Source of the DNA: Candidatus Poseidoniales archaeon
Lineage (GTDB): Archaea; Thermoplasmatota; Poseidoniia; Poseidoniales; Poseidoniaceae
Reading direction: 5' to 3'
DNA length: 53,082 nucleotides
NCBI GenBank assembly: GCA_003602475.1
Contig: QQSC01000005.1
Coordinates: 10,021 to 63,102, forward strand
The translations under genes were made by a program, and so were the position numbers. Below the pieces are notes generated by a model that saw only the letters and a list, made by a program, of their open reading frames with translations, had not been told where the DNA came from and made no database searches. This document shows, in pieces, positions 1 to 9,100 of this stretch. Numbering within the stretch: position 1 is the first letter of the stretch; each line of letters begins with the position of its first letter.

Positions 1-1368
1 CGTGGTGCATCCGCCGGAGCCTACCACGAAACGCTTGAAAATTATGTCACGGTTGAAATTTTCTCCAAACTCACAGCCGAACAGAAACGTGTGCTTTCTG
101 CACTGGCCGTCTTCCGAGAGCCAGTGGGTCTTGAGGCGTTGGCTCGTCAGGAACTCGATACGGATGTGTTGGACACCCTCGTGGAGTCCGGTCTCGCCCG
201 TAGAGCGGACTCTGATGCCTACGACGTCCACGACTTGATTCGTGAATTTCTCTTGCGCAGCATGGCTCCTTCCTTGAAAAAGGAATTCCACCAACGTTGC
301 TCTGAATGGTACAAACAACATTCCGAGAATCAAGACCTTCTGATCGAACACATCTATCACTGCATTCAATCAGAACAACATGAAGAAGCCTCGGAACTGG
401 TTGTCAAGGACGGCAGAGCCCTCGTTTCCGTGGGTCATTTAGAATTGCTGGGCTTGATCGAACAAATCGACCTGTCCGAATTGGCCCTTGATACGGTTCT
501 GAACCTTTCTCAGTTGAAGGGCGAAATGATGGCTTTGCTGGGTCGATTCGACGATGCAGAGCACGTTCTTCAAGGTGCTTTCGACCAAACCGATGACACG
601 TGCCTCATCCTCCGTGCCCAATTGCTTTCTTCGATGGCTGATGTGAGCAGAAAGCAAGGCAACAGCGATTTGGCTTTGACTCGACACAAGCAGGCCTTGA
701 AGCATTACGTTGAATTGAACGACGCTCTCTGGGCTTCTCGGACCTACAACAACATCGGGTACCTCCTTCGCCGAAAGAAGGAACGAAGCAAAGCCCTGGA
801 GGCGTATGCTGAAGTTGAGGCGATACTCGACTCCAACCAAGATCCTACGTTGTTGGCAAGTCAAATCACCTTGGCACGAGCCCTGATCGATTTGGACGAG
901 CTTGATCGGGCCAAGGTCCACGCCTTGACGGCCTACGAACAGACCCAAAACTGCGACGACCCCGGGCTTCATGCACGAGCCCAATCGGTTCTTGGGCGCT
1001 ACTATGCCCGAATGAACCAAGCCGAACTTGCCATGTTCCACTACACTGCTGCCCTCGAAAGCATGAACGAAGCAGGCGACCTGCAATCCTTGGTTGAAGT
1101 GACCATGTTGTTGGGCGGTGTTCTCCAAGACGCCGGGAAAACAGAAGAAGCCCTCGACCACTATCAACAGGCCTTGGTGGTTGCAGAAGCCAACGACATG
1201 CGAATGCAAATCGGTGAGCTTCTCACCAGAATTGGAGGAACTTCTTCGGTTCGACAAGAGCGAATGGAATACCTTCAACGCGCACTGTCAGTTTTCAGGG
1301 AATTGGGAGCTCGCTCAAGAATGAAGGAAGTCCAAACCATGGTTCATCGGGCCGTCATGGGCCGATGA
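1..1368 (+). CDS. STAND/MalT-like ATPase C-terminal part (winged helix + TPR array); 5'-truncated by window edge
   Basis: Frame is open from base 1 (RGASAGAYHETLENYV...). LSALAVF...LDTLVESGL...YDVHDLIREF resembles the winged helix with the MHD-type motif of STAND NTPases. Multiple TPR helices follow (ASRTYNNIGYLL, EEALDHYQQALVVA). Confidence 0.75.
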   Translation, partial: RGASAGAYHETLENYVTVEIFSKLTAEQKRVLSALAVFREPVGLEALARQELDTDVLDTLVESGLARRADSDAYDVHDLIREFLLRSMAPSLKKEFHQRCSEWYKQHSENQDLLIEHIYHCIQSEQHEEASELVVKDGRALVSVGHLELLGLIEQIDLSELALDTVLNLSQLKGEMMALLGRFDDAEHVLQGAFDQTDDTCLILRAQLLSSMADVSRKQGNSDLALTRHKQALKHYVELNDALWASRTYNNIGYLLRRKKERSKALEAYAEVEAILDSNQDPTLLASQITLARALIDLDELDRAKVHALTAYEQTQNCDDPGLHARAQSVLGRYYARMNQAELAMFHYTAALESMNEAGDLQSLVEVTMLLGGVLQDAGKTEEALDHYQQALVVAEANDMRMQIGELLTRIGGTSSVRQERMEYLQRALSVFRELGARSRMKEVQTMVHRAVMGR

Positions 1369-1369
1369 G

Positions 1370-1846
1370 TCATTCCACGGTCGTTGGTCTATCCAGGCCA
1401 ATGCTGGTGACACCGTCTTCGTAAATCACCCAAATTCTGTCAACGCCTGCCAGCGGAATCAGTCCCTCATGAACGCCTCGCCCAGTTCCTGAAATGGGCA
1501 CTTCCATGTCAAGAGGGCCTCCTTCGTCCATGAGAATCACTTCAGTGTCAGTTAATTCGACCCAAAACAAGGATTCGTCAGCTTCAGTAGGTCGCCACAT
1601 CACTTCTTCTGCGTAACTCACGTTACCAAGGCGGCTGGCTTCATCGGCTCGTTCAACCGCCGCTGCGATGTCGTCCATGTTGGCCTGAATCGCCTCCTGA
1701 TTCCATCGCAGTCTGGTGTTTGTTTCAATGTCCCACGCCCAAACGCTGAACATCGTCATCAGCATCACGCCCAGAAGGAACGTGAAAATGTAACCCAGTT
1801 CGGTGGCAGCGGCTTGTACATCTCCGGTGATTCGTCGTCGCCTCAT
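1370..1846 (-). CDS. Small pilin-like protein with class III-type signal peptide
   Basis: MRRRRITGDVQA followed by hydrophobic helix AATELGYIFTFLLGVMLMTMFSVW. ATGA overlap with the upstream gene. Confidence 0.65.
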   Translation of the reverse strand: MRRRRITGDVQAAATELGYIFTFLLGVMLMTMFSVWAWDIETNTRLRWNQEAIQANMDDIAAAVERADEASRLGNVSYAEEVMWRPTEADESLFWVELTDTEVILMDEGGPLDMEVPISGTGRGVHEGLIPLAGVDRIWVIYEDGVTSIGLDRPTTVE

Positions 1847-4074
1847 GAGAGATCCCCCCTGGCTGTGACGTCAAGCATGGAAAGTTGAAGGGTGAATTCA
1901 ATGACCTCTCCGTTGGTATGCCAAACGGCTTCAGCCGTTCCGTAACTCGGATCTGGCACCCAGCCAACATAATCGGTGAGTAAATCCAACCTGCCCGGAT
2001 AGATGGTCCAGTCTTCGCTGGCATCAAGCCCAACAGCAGCGTGGTCGGCAATGGCGGTTCCATAAGGCTCACTCCAGCCCCGGCGAATTTCAAAAGCGGG
2101 AGCCGAAGCCAAGGAACGTCGATTTACCAATTCGATATCCAAGTCCAGGGCACCCCCACCGCTGATGCTGTCACTGGTTGGATGGAGCGACGGCACGGTG
2201 GCTGCAAATCTTGGTCCAGGACCGCCACGGTCTGACGGTGGTACGATGACGTAGGGCCGAAACTCGGGATGGTTTGTCAACACAGCACCACCGCTGAAGG
2301 CCACTTCCATGCCTTCGACGGAGGAACTGAACGTGTAGGCCAATCTTGACAAATGGAAGGCCCATACCGTGCCAACAACAGCATGTGTTTCGAGGTCCGC
2401 ACCACCGATGACCTCGATTTCAACACTGGAGGGGTGGGCTCCGCGAATCCAAGCCTGCTCCACATCAACAGCACTCCGTCCACCCATACGCTCCCAAGGT
2501 AGGTCGGTGGTCAACCAACCACTTGCTTGGGTGCCCACCGTTGTGCATCGTTCCTCTCCGTCGTGGGGGAGTTGATGGACGCCGTGAGATCCAGCGGCTC
2601 GAGTGAGCCGAAGTGGATGGCCGTCAATGACCTGCAAGCTGGTGTTGCCCTGAGCCAATGCAACCGTACTGATTCGGTTGTCTGTAAGGAAGGAACCCGA
2701 TGCATTTGTGGAACCGGTGGTGTTCCATTCAGTGACATAGCCCACCAACTCCACCCTCAATTGTTCTGAGGTAGCATCGGTCTTGATGAACACAAATTCA
2801 CCACCTGAGAGGGCACCGGTGTCATGCGCTGGTACAATGTGATGCCCAACGGCTGAGTTTGTGCTGCTCAAGTTGTCCTCTGCAGACCAGAGCATCATGA
2901 GCGCTCCGTCTGCGATCAACACAGGTGCCCCTTGGGTGTTCTCGGGGGGCCAAGAAACGTGCTCCATGCCTCCAGGTTGAACAGAGATGCCACTTCCAGT
3001 CCATGTGGCGGTGACCACCTCCTCTCCTGGATTGGTCAGTCGCAAGGTCCCTGGCTGTGCTGGAGGGGTAAAGGTGGTGCCCGTGTATTGGCCCGTGCTG
3101 GATGGCCATGGCGTGATACCAAGATCGGCACTGATGTTTCGAACAAACAACAAACGCGACGGAGCGCTTGTGGTGATGTAAACCACCGATGGGTCAGTGA
3201 TGTTTACAGGGGCCACAAACGAGGTTCCAGTTCGCATGGTGCCATCGGGCAGGGCGAAGCCGATTGATGTCTCATCACCGATGTCAATCTGGACTTGGTT
3301 GGCCGTTTTGCTCAGAATTTCAACGGTGTGATTGCCAGCAGGCATCGGAACAGCCCAAGCGTGTCCCTTGTCGTCAACGGGTTGGTGATCGTCCGGCAGC
3401 ATAACGGTCGCTCCTGCTTCGCCTGTGAAGGCCAGCACCGTGAGCTCATGGGTTGAACGAAGGACGAGGTCTTCGTCTGATGATAGAACAATCTCGGTCA
3501 ATTCGTCAACTCGCAATTCACGTTCCTCAATCACATCAACGTCGTTGGACAGGATCAAGTCAACCGGGCCCAAGGGCATGGCAAGGCCGGGTAGGACCGA
3601 TACGAGAACCGAATCAAGGTCGTTGTCGAGCGTGTAGGCATACGGGCGATTGACTCCTTGCCGCAAATCGGTGATGCAAACAGCTTCCACCGGCGACTCA
3701 GCATGTCGAATCTCGACTTCATCGTCAAAATCCAGTGCACCACGTGCTCTGAGTTCTTGCCCCTCTTGCCAGGTGGCAGAATACCACATTCCGCCTCTTA
3801 GGCTGTCCCAATTGAGGTTGCCATCAACTGGAATCAACTCGGCCGAGGTGGAATCTCCGGGCATGCCTCGTTCGCTGAGGGAATTGGTTTGTGATGCCAA
3901 CAGCGTCATCTGAGCCGACATGTCATGTCGTTCAACCGAACCTTCCATCTCTTCGATAACCGGCATCATTGACACCATCATCAGCCCAATGATGGACAAG
4001 ACTCCCCCGAACAGCAACACCGTAGCTACCGCTGCTGATACCGCTTGCTCATCTCGACGCATGGCGCCGTTCAT
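1843..4074 (-). CDS. Large (743 aa) pilin-like protein with class III signal peptide
   Basis: MRRDEQA|VSAAVATVLLFGGVLSIIGLMMV fits the archaeal prepilin pattern. Beta-rich body. ATGA overlaps on both sides. Confidence 0.75.
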   Translation of the reverse strand: MNGAMRRDEQAVSAAVATVLLFGGVLSIIGLMMVSMMPVIEEMEGSVERHDMSAQMTLLASQTNSLSERGMPGDSTSAELIPVDGNLNWDSLRGGMWYSATWQEGQELRARGALDFDDEVEIRHAESPVEAVCITDLRQGVNRPYAYTLDNDLDSVLVSVLPGLAMPLGPVDLILSNDVDVIEERELRVDELTEIVLSSDEDLVLRSTHELTVLAFTGEAGATVMLPDDHQPVDDKGHAWAVPMPAGNHTVEILSKTANQVQIDIGDETSIGFALPDGTMRTGTSFVAPVNITDPSVVYITTSAPSRLLFVRNISADLGITPWPSSTGQYTGTTFTPPAQPGTLRLTNPGEEVVTATWTGSGISVQPGGMEHVSWPPENTQGAPVLIADGALMMLWSAEDNLSSTNSAVGHHIVPAHDTGALSGGEFVFIKTDATSEQLRVELVGYVTEWNTTGSTNASGSFLTDNRISTVALAQGNTSLQVIDGHPLRLTRAAGSHGVHQLPHDGEERCTTVGTQASGWLTTDLPWERMGGRSAVDVEQAWIRGAHPSSVEIEVIGGADLETHAVVGTVWAFHLSRLAYTFSSSVEGMEVAFSGGAVLTNHPEFRPYVIVPPSDRGGPGPRFAATVPSLHPTSDSISGGGALDLDIELVNRRSLASAPAFEIRRGWSEPYGTAIADHAAVGLDASEDWTIYPGRLDLLTDYVGWVPDPSYGTAEAVWHTNGEVIEFTLQLSMLDVTARGDLS

Positions 4075-5129
4075 CCGCTCACCTCAATGCGTTGCAGGTC
4101 CATTTCAAGGAAGAGAGGTAAGCCTTGGTTGCTGACGGTTATGCCGTCGGAGCCGCTTGCCCTTTCATAGGGTGTAAAGCCAATGTACGTGTCAAGAGTT
4201 CCGGCGGCCCGCTGAACGGTGTAGTCGGTCAACCATGTTTCGTGATACTGAGGGGTGACCACGGCATGAAGGGCATTGAACACGTTAAATCGCACGTTGT
4301 ACGCTTCACCGGTAAACAGCATCATCGGTCCTTGCGAAACGAATTCAATGCCGATGTTGCTACCGCTCCCCACTGACCCTTCCGTGACCGCATCGGTCAG
4401 CAGGATGGAGAGCCGCAATTCATCGTTGGCCATTCTGTCGAATTCAACCATGGGCATCTGTGTCACGTCCCACGCTCCGTTTGGAAAGCGCTCTCCGCGG
4501 GCGTTGTTCATCAGCACGATGTCATGTTGACCTTGACCCAACGACGTTGTGACTTGGAGTCCAGAAAGTGAAATGTCTACCGAACGATGCAACTGTTCGC
4601 CGATTTCATCGTACACCGTGACGATCATCCAATGGCTCGAATAGGCGTCATGTTCAATGAGAATTTCCTGATGATCAGCCTCCAGTGTGGTGTTGAACAT
4701 CCCGTTTGGGTGCTCAATCGTGAGGCTTCGCGCGGTTTCATTGGCAGACAGGAGGCCAATGACCGTATCGTTGACATGCCTCACACTGATCCGTTCGGTC
4801 GAGGTCAAATCTGCAGCAATGGTCCACGTTTCCACGTTTTGAACCGACAAGATCGATGTGGATTGAATCGCCAACGTGTTTCTAAATCCTGTTCCATCCG
4901 GAGCATTTCCTGCAACTTGCAAGCGGTCCTCCAGTCGGTCGGCGATCCCCGTTGCGGAATTCCAGTTGGTGTTGTCTTCAAAATCTGAGAGGTACGGGTT
5001 GAGAAACACCCACACACCCCCCATGATGGTAATGACCATGGCAAGAAGCATCACCACGCCGAGGACTTCACTTACGCCACGCTCATCGGCATCCAGCCGT
5101 TGACGAGCGGTTTGACGGCGCCGGCGCAT
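4071..5129 (-). CDS. Archaeal type IV pilin-like protein
   Basis: DERG|VSEVLGVVMLLAMVITIMGG is a canonical archaeal class III signal peptide plus hydrophobic helix. ATG 5129 overlaps the upstream TGA (TGATG). Confidence 0.85.
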   Translation of the reverse strand: MRRRRQTARQRLDADERGVSEVLGVVMLLAMVITIMGGVWVFLNPYLSDFEDNTNWNSATGIADRLEDRLQVAGNAPDGTGFRNTLAIQSTSILSVQNVETWTIAADLTSTERISVRHVNDTVIGLLSANETARSLTIEHPNGMFNTTLEADHQEILIEHDAYSSHWMIVTVYDEIGEQLHRSVDISLSGLQVTTSLGQGQHDIVLMNNARGERFPNGAWDVTQMPMVEFDRMANDELRLSILLTDAVTEGSVGSGSNIGIEFVSQGPMMLFTGEAYNVRFNVFNALHAVVTPQYHETWLTDYTVQRAAGTLDTYIGFTPYERASGSDGITVSNQGLPLFLEMDLQRIEVSG

Positions 5130-6004
5130 CACGATTTGCCACACCTGTTGCTCTCATTTAGCCCTTGACCTTCATGCTCTGTTCGAACCGCCATTGCTTG
5201 GGGGGCTTGAATGCCATCATGCTCGCCCCTGTCCGCTCCGATGTAGTGGGAAAATTCGGGTCCATCTTGGGTCGAGATGGTGAGGTCTCCCGAAAACACT
5301 TCCTCGATGTAATACAGTACGGTGGACTCAGCGATGTGGGGTTGGTTGTTTTTTTGACTCAAGTGGGTCAACACCACACTGCGAGTGTCTTGGGTGCAAA
5401 CTTCGGCCAAAAATTGGCCGGTTTGGTCGTTGGACAAGTGGCCTCCCGGACCTGAGATTCGGTCCTTGAGGGACCGGGGGTACGGTCCGTTGAGCAATCG
5501 TCGTTCATCGTAATTCGCCTCAACGGAAATGTGTTCGCAGCCCCGAACATGACGAACGAGTTCGTCGGTGAAGGTTCCCAGGTCGGTGATAATGGCGGCA
5601 CGCTCACCATTGTGGCTGGCCACGAAAGCCACGTTATCGGAACCGTCATGGGGAACTGGGACCGGGAGGACGCTCAGGTCGTCACCAATCCGTATCAAAT
5701 CCAGCGATTCAAAAAACGTGGTATGCTCGGGATTCAACCCCAGTTCCAGCGACGTTCTTTCGTTGGCGAGGACCTGAAGTTGCCATTTGTTTTGCACAAC
5801 CGCAGCCCCCCCACCATGGTCACCATGGTGGTGAGTGATCAACACGCAATCAATGTCTTCGGGTGAGAGGTTCATCAGTGCAAGTCGTTTTTTGAGTTGC
5901 ACGCCACTGAAGCCCTGATCGATCAGCACATTGACCTTCGGTGTGGAGAGCAGCGTGGCGTTGCCACGGCTCCCCGTTCCGAGGTGCGTGATGGTCATGG
6001 GCAT
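5129..6004 (-). CDS. Metallo-beta-lactamase fold hydrolase (YycJ/WalJ, PhnP-like)
   Basis: LGTGSRGNA, LIDQG, THHHGDH, VPHD, ITDLG, EANYD, GHLSN, HLSQKNN motifs. Start set at ATG 6004 (MPMTITHLG). Confidence 0.9.
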   Translation of the reverse strand: MPMTITHLGTGSRGNATLLSTPKVNVLIDQGFSGVQLKKRLALMNLSPEDIDCVLITHHHGDHGGGAAVVQNKWQLQVLANERTSLELGLNPEHTTFFESLDLIRIGDDLSVLPVPVPHDGSDNVAFVASHNGERAAIITDLGTFTDELVRHVRGCEHISVEANYDERRLLNGPYPRSLKDRISGPGGHLSNDQTGQFLAEVCTQDTRSVVLTHLSQKNNQPHIAESTVLYYIEEVFSGDLTISTQDGPEFSHYIGADRGEHDGIQAPQAMAVRTEHEGQGLNESNRCGKS

Positions 6005-6154
6005 GCTTGGATACCCAGCGCGGGAACCACTTGAACACACCGCCCTGTCGGATGAATAAGCGATGATTTGAAGTCCATTTTCATCAATTCGGATAGGGGT
6101 GTGTATGAACATTGTTCCATCAGCCTCATAAGCAAACTTTCCAAGACACAGAAG

Positions 6155-6169
6155 AGCGAAGTCTTCGCT
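6155..6169. promoter_or_regulatory. 15-bp palindrome AGCGAAG-T-CTTCGCT, putative operator in divergent intergenic region
   Basis: Perfect 7-bp inverted repeat 17-31 nt upstream of ATG 6186. Confidence 0.4.
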
Positions 6170-6185
6170 TTATGGGGTCACCGGC

Positions 6186-9100
6186 ATGCGACGAAGTCAA
6201 ACCGCCTTGCTGACAACCATCGCTGTCGTGTCCAGTTTGCTGTTCATGTCACAATTCCCAGCCATCTCAAGTGTTGCCAACATCCACCCGGATGACACCG
6301 ATGGCTCACCGCCCCCGAACACGGACTCTGATGGGGACATGATTCCCGATGTGCACGAAACCCTGTTTGAAGAATGGATGAACTGGACGGCTGTTGACGG
6401 GAGAGATGTTGTGATCAAAGGGTTGGACAAAAACAACGCTTCCGATGCCTACGTGGACCTTGATCGGGACGGACTTAACGCCACAGAAGAATTTTGCTGG
6501 CCGTATCCTGCCAATTGCACACAACCAGGTTTTCCAAGAGGATTGACAGGGGAACTTGATGAAAACAACGACCGAGTCTACCTTGACCCTCGTTTGTCCG
6601 ACACCGATGGCGATGGGATGCCCGATGGGTATGAAGCGTACATGTGCCAACGAATCGGCGGTTTTGACACGGCAACACTGCGCTACTTGTGTCCTTCGTT
6701 CAACCCTCTGAACGCTTCCGACTTGACGCTCGATGGCGACAACGACGGGTTTGATGTCGATCGAGACGGTATTATGACCCTTTCAGAGCGCTTCACGGCC
6801 CCAGAGGAGTACGCTCACGGGACACCCGACACCTACACGCCAGAACTTGACGGATTGTGGTGCCATGCCACACTGCCAGAAGGATCGTCGCTCAAGGTTT
6901 GGCCTTACATCCCAACGGGTGCCAATGCCACCTTCCAGAACCTTCTCCCGGCTTGCACCAGCAACGCCACATTCCCAGTGGGTGAAGATCTGTGGCTTGG
7001 TACGGACCCGCTTCTTGACGATTCAGACCGTTACAACTGGGATGGTTTCTCTGTGCGGCCGCTCTATCCATCGTTCGGAGACGGAATCCCTGACGGTTGG
7101 GAAGCCCACTTCGGTCTTGATCCACTCAATCGGTCCAACGCCTTGCTCGATTCGGATCAAGACGGTTGGGATGCGAACAGGGACGGTTTCATTTCTGCAG
7201 ACCTTTCGAGAACCTCCACCGCCATGACGCTGGGCGAGGCTCTTTCAACGCTTCAGGAGTATCTCGTTCACGAAGATGGAGGGAACACCGTATATCCCGG
7301 CCTCAAGAACACCGAACTGGGCACAGACGGGGATGTCACTGTTCATCCGCTGATTTATGACAGCACCGAAAACGACCCGTCCGTCCTTCACCACGACATC
7401 AGGTCACTTGACCATTCCAACGGGGATTTGTACGTGACCACACGCTACGGTGTGTCCATCATCGACCTCACGGAGAACACTTCACGGCATTCGTCCATGG
7501 TCCAGGGTGTTGATATCATGGCCTCCACTCTTCTGTCAGCGGACGGTCAGTCCTACGCAATGGTCATGGCCACAAGCGTTGGCATGGTGGTTTCACCCCT
7601 TCAAGCCGATGGCCAGTTGGCTGAAGCATCCGATTGGACTTGGGCTCTGGGGCCGAAAATCACCGCCATGACCGTGCTTCATGGCACCGACGGTGACGCT
7701 CAATTGCTGGGGTTGGGGCACGCAGGTGCAGGCATGGTCGTTGAGGTGGATGGCGCTGGTCAGTTGTCGGCAAGCCACGATGTCGGAACCGGCATCGTCG
7801 AAGCACTTGCGGCCGCCAATGCCTCGGTTACGGCTTTGGATCATGGGTCCGCAGCAGGAACGACACTCACCCTCTACGTGGGGACCGACCGGGGGATGCT
7901 GGTTGTTGACACCCCCTCTGCTCGCGACGAAGCCACCGGACTTTGGCGTTTCTTTTACACCACCGAATCGGTGAGCATCACGGCCAACGTGGATGAACTT
8001 CGCCCACTGCCTTTGGGCACCACGGGCAACCCTGCGGAAGTGCGGGATTTGGTGCTTGAAGGACCAAGTGAGAACAACGCCCAAGCGTTGTGGTTCGGTA
8101 CGCCTTTCGGCCTTCACAAGATGAACCTCAACGATGGCACCATCTCTCACAGTGGCTTGCTTACCCATCCCGGGGTCGATGGTCAGTTGGCACGGGAGAG
8201 CAACAGCATCCGGAGCATCCACCCGACCGGGGACGAACTTCTCATCGGTTCTTCTTGGGGCCTATGGGCCGTCGCAGGCGATTATACTGCGGTTTACGGG
8301 GTTCAGGACCAAACGTGGATACCTGGTGACATCACGACTGTTCTATCGGTTGACATTGATGGCCAAACAACCGTGTTTGCGGGTTCTTCTCCCGGTCAAT
8401 ATGCCAATCTCCGATTGATGGACCCTGGTGCGAACGATTCGGACGCCGATGGGATGCCCGATGGCTGGGAAGTCGTGCACGGCCTTGACCCCACGGACCC
8501 CTGGGACGCCCTTTACGACACGGACAGCGACGGTCTGGACCTCGATCAGAACGGCGACATGAACCTTGAACGCCTATGGACCAACCTTGATGAATTTCGA
8601 TACAGTGCCTCCACGCCTCAAGGGTACAACTCAACCGACCCAAGGGTGGGCGATACCGACGGGGACGGTCTGACCGACGGGTCAGAGTATTTCGGCTTCT
8701 TCTACGATGTCAGCACGTTATGGTGCCATTACTCCGTTCAAATGGAATACATTTGCGGCGATTCAGCTGGCCAAGCAGCCAACGCCACGTACCTTGCCGT
8801 AGCCAACATTGACGCTTCATTGGACCCTACAAACCACGATTCCGACCAAGATGGGATGCCAGACGGCTGGGAAATTGAACACCGACGTTGGGTTGGCTCG
8901 ACCTTTAGCGGCGGCAACAACTGGACACTGGATCCACTTCGCGCTGACGATGCATCATGGGATGCTGATGGGGATGGCTTGGCCAACCTGTGTGAATACC
9001 AATGGTCCATCGTTCGTGACATGGCAGCCAATGGTGACTTGTTCGAAAGTCACGGGGAAGCCTCTGCTTCAGCGGCGTTGTGGTCGGTAGCCGACCCCAA

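Noticed and set aside
439-1278. 279-aa minus-strand ORF
   Set aside because: Antisense shadow of the TPR gene; no motifs.
6107-6117. GAAC-N3-GTTC as a LexA SOS box
   Set aside because: The Gram-positive box has N4 spacing, and there is no evidence for LexA here.
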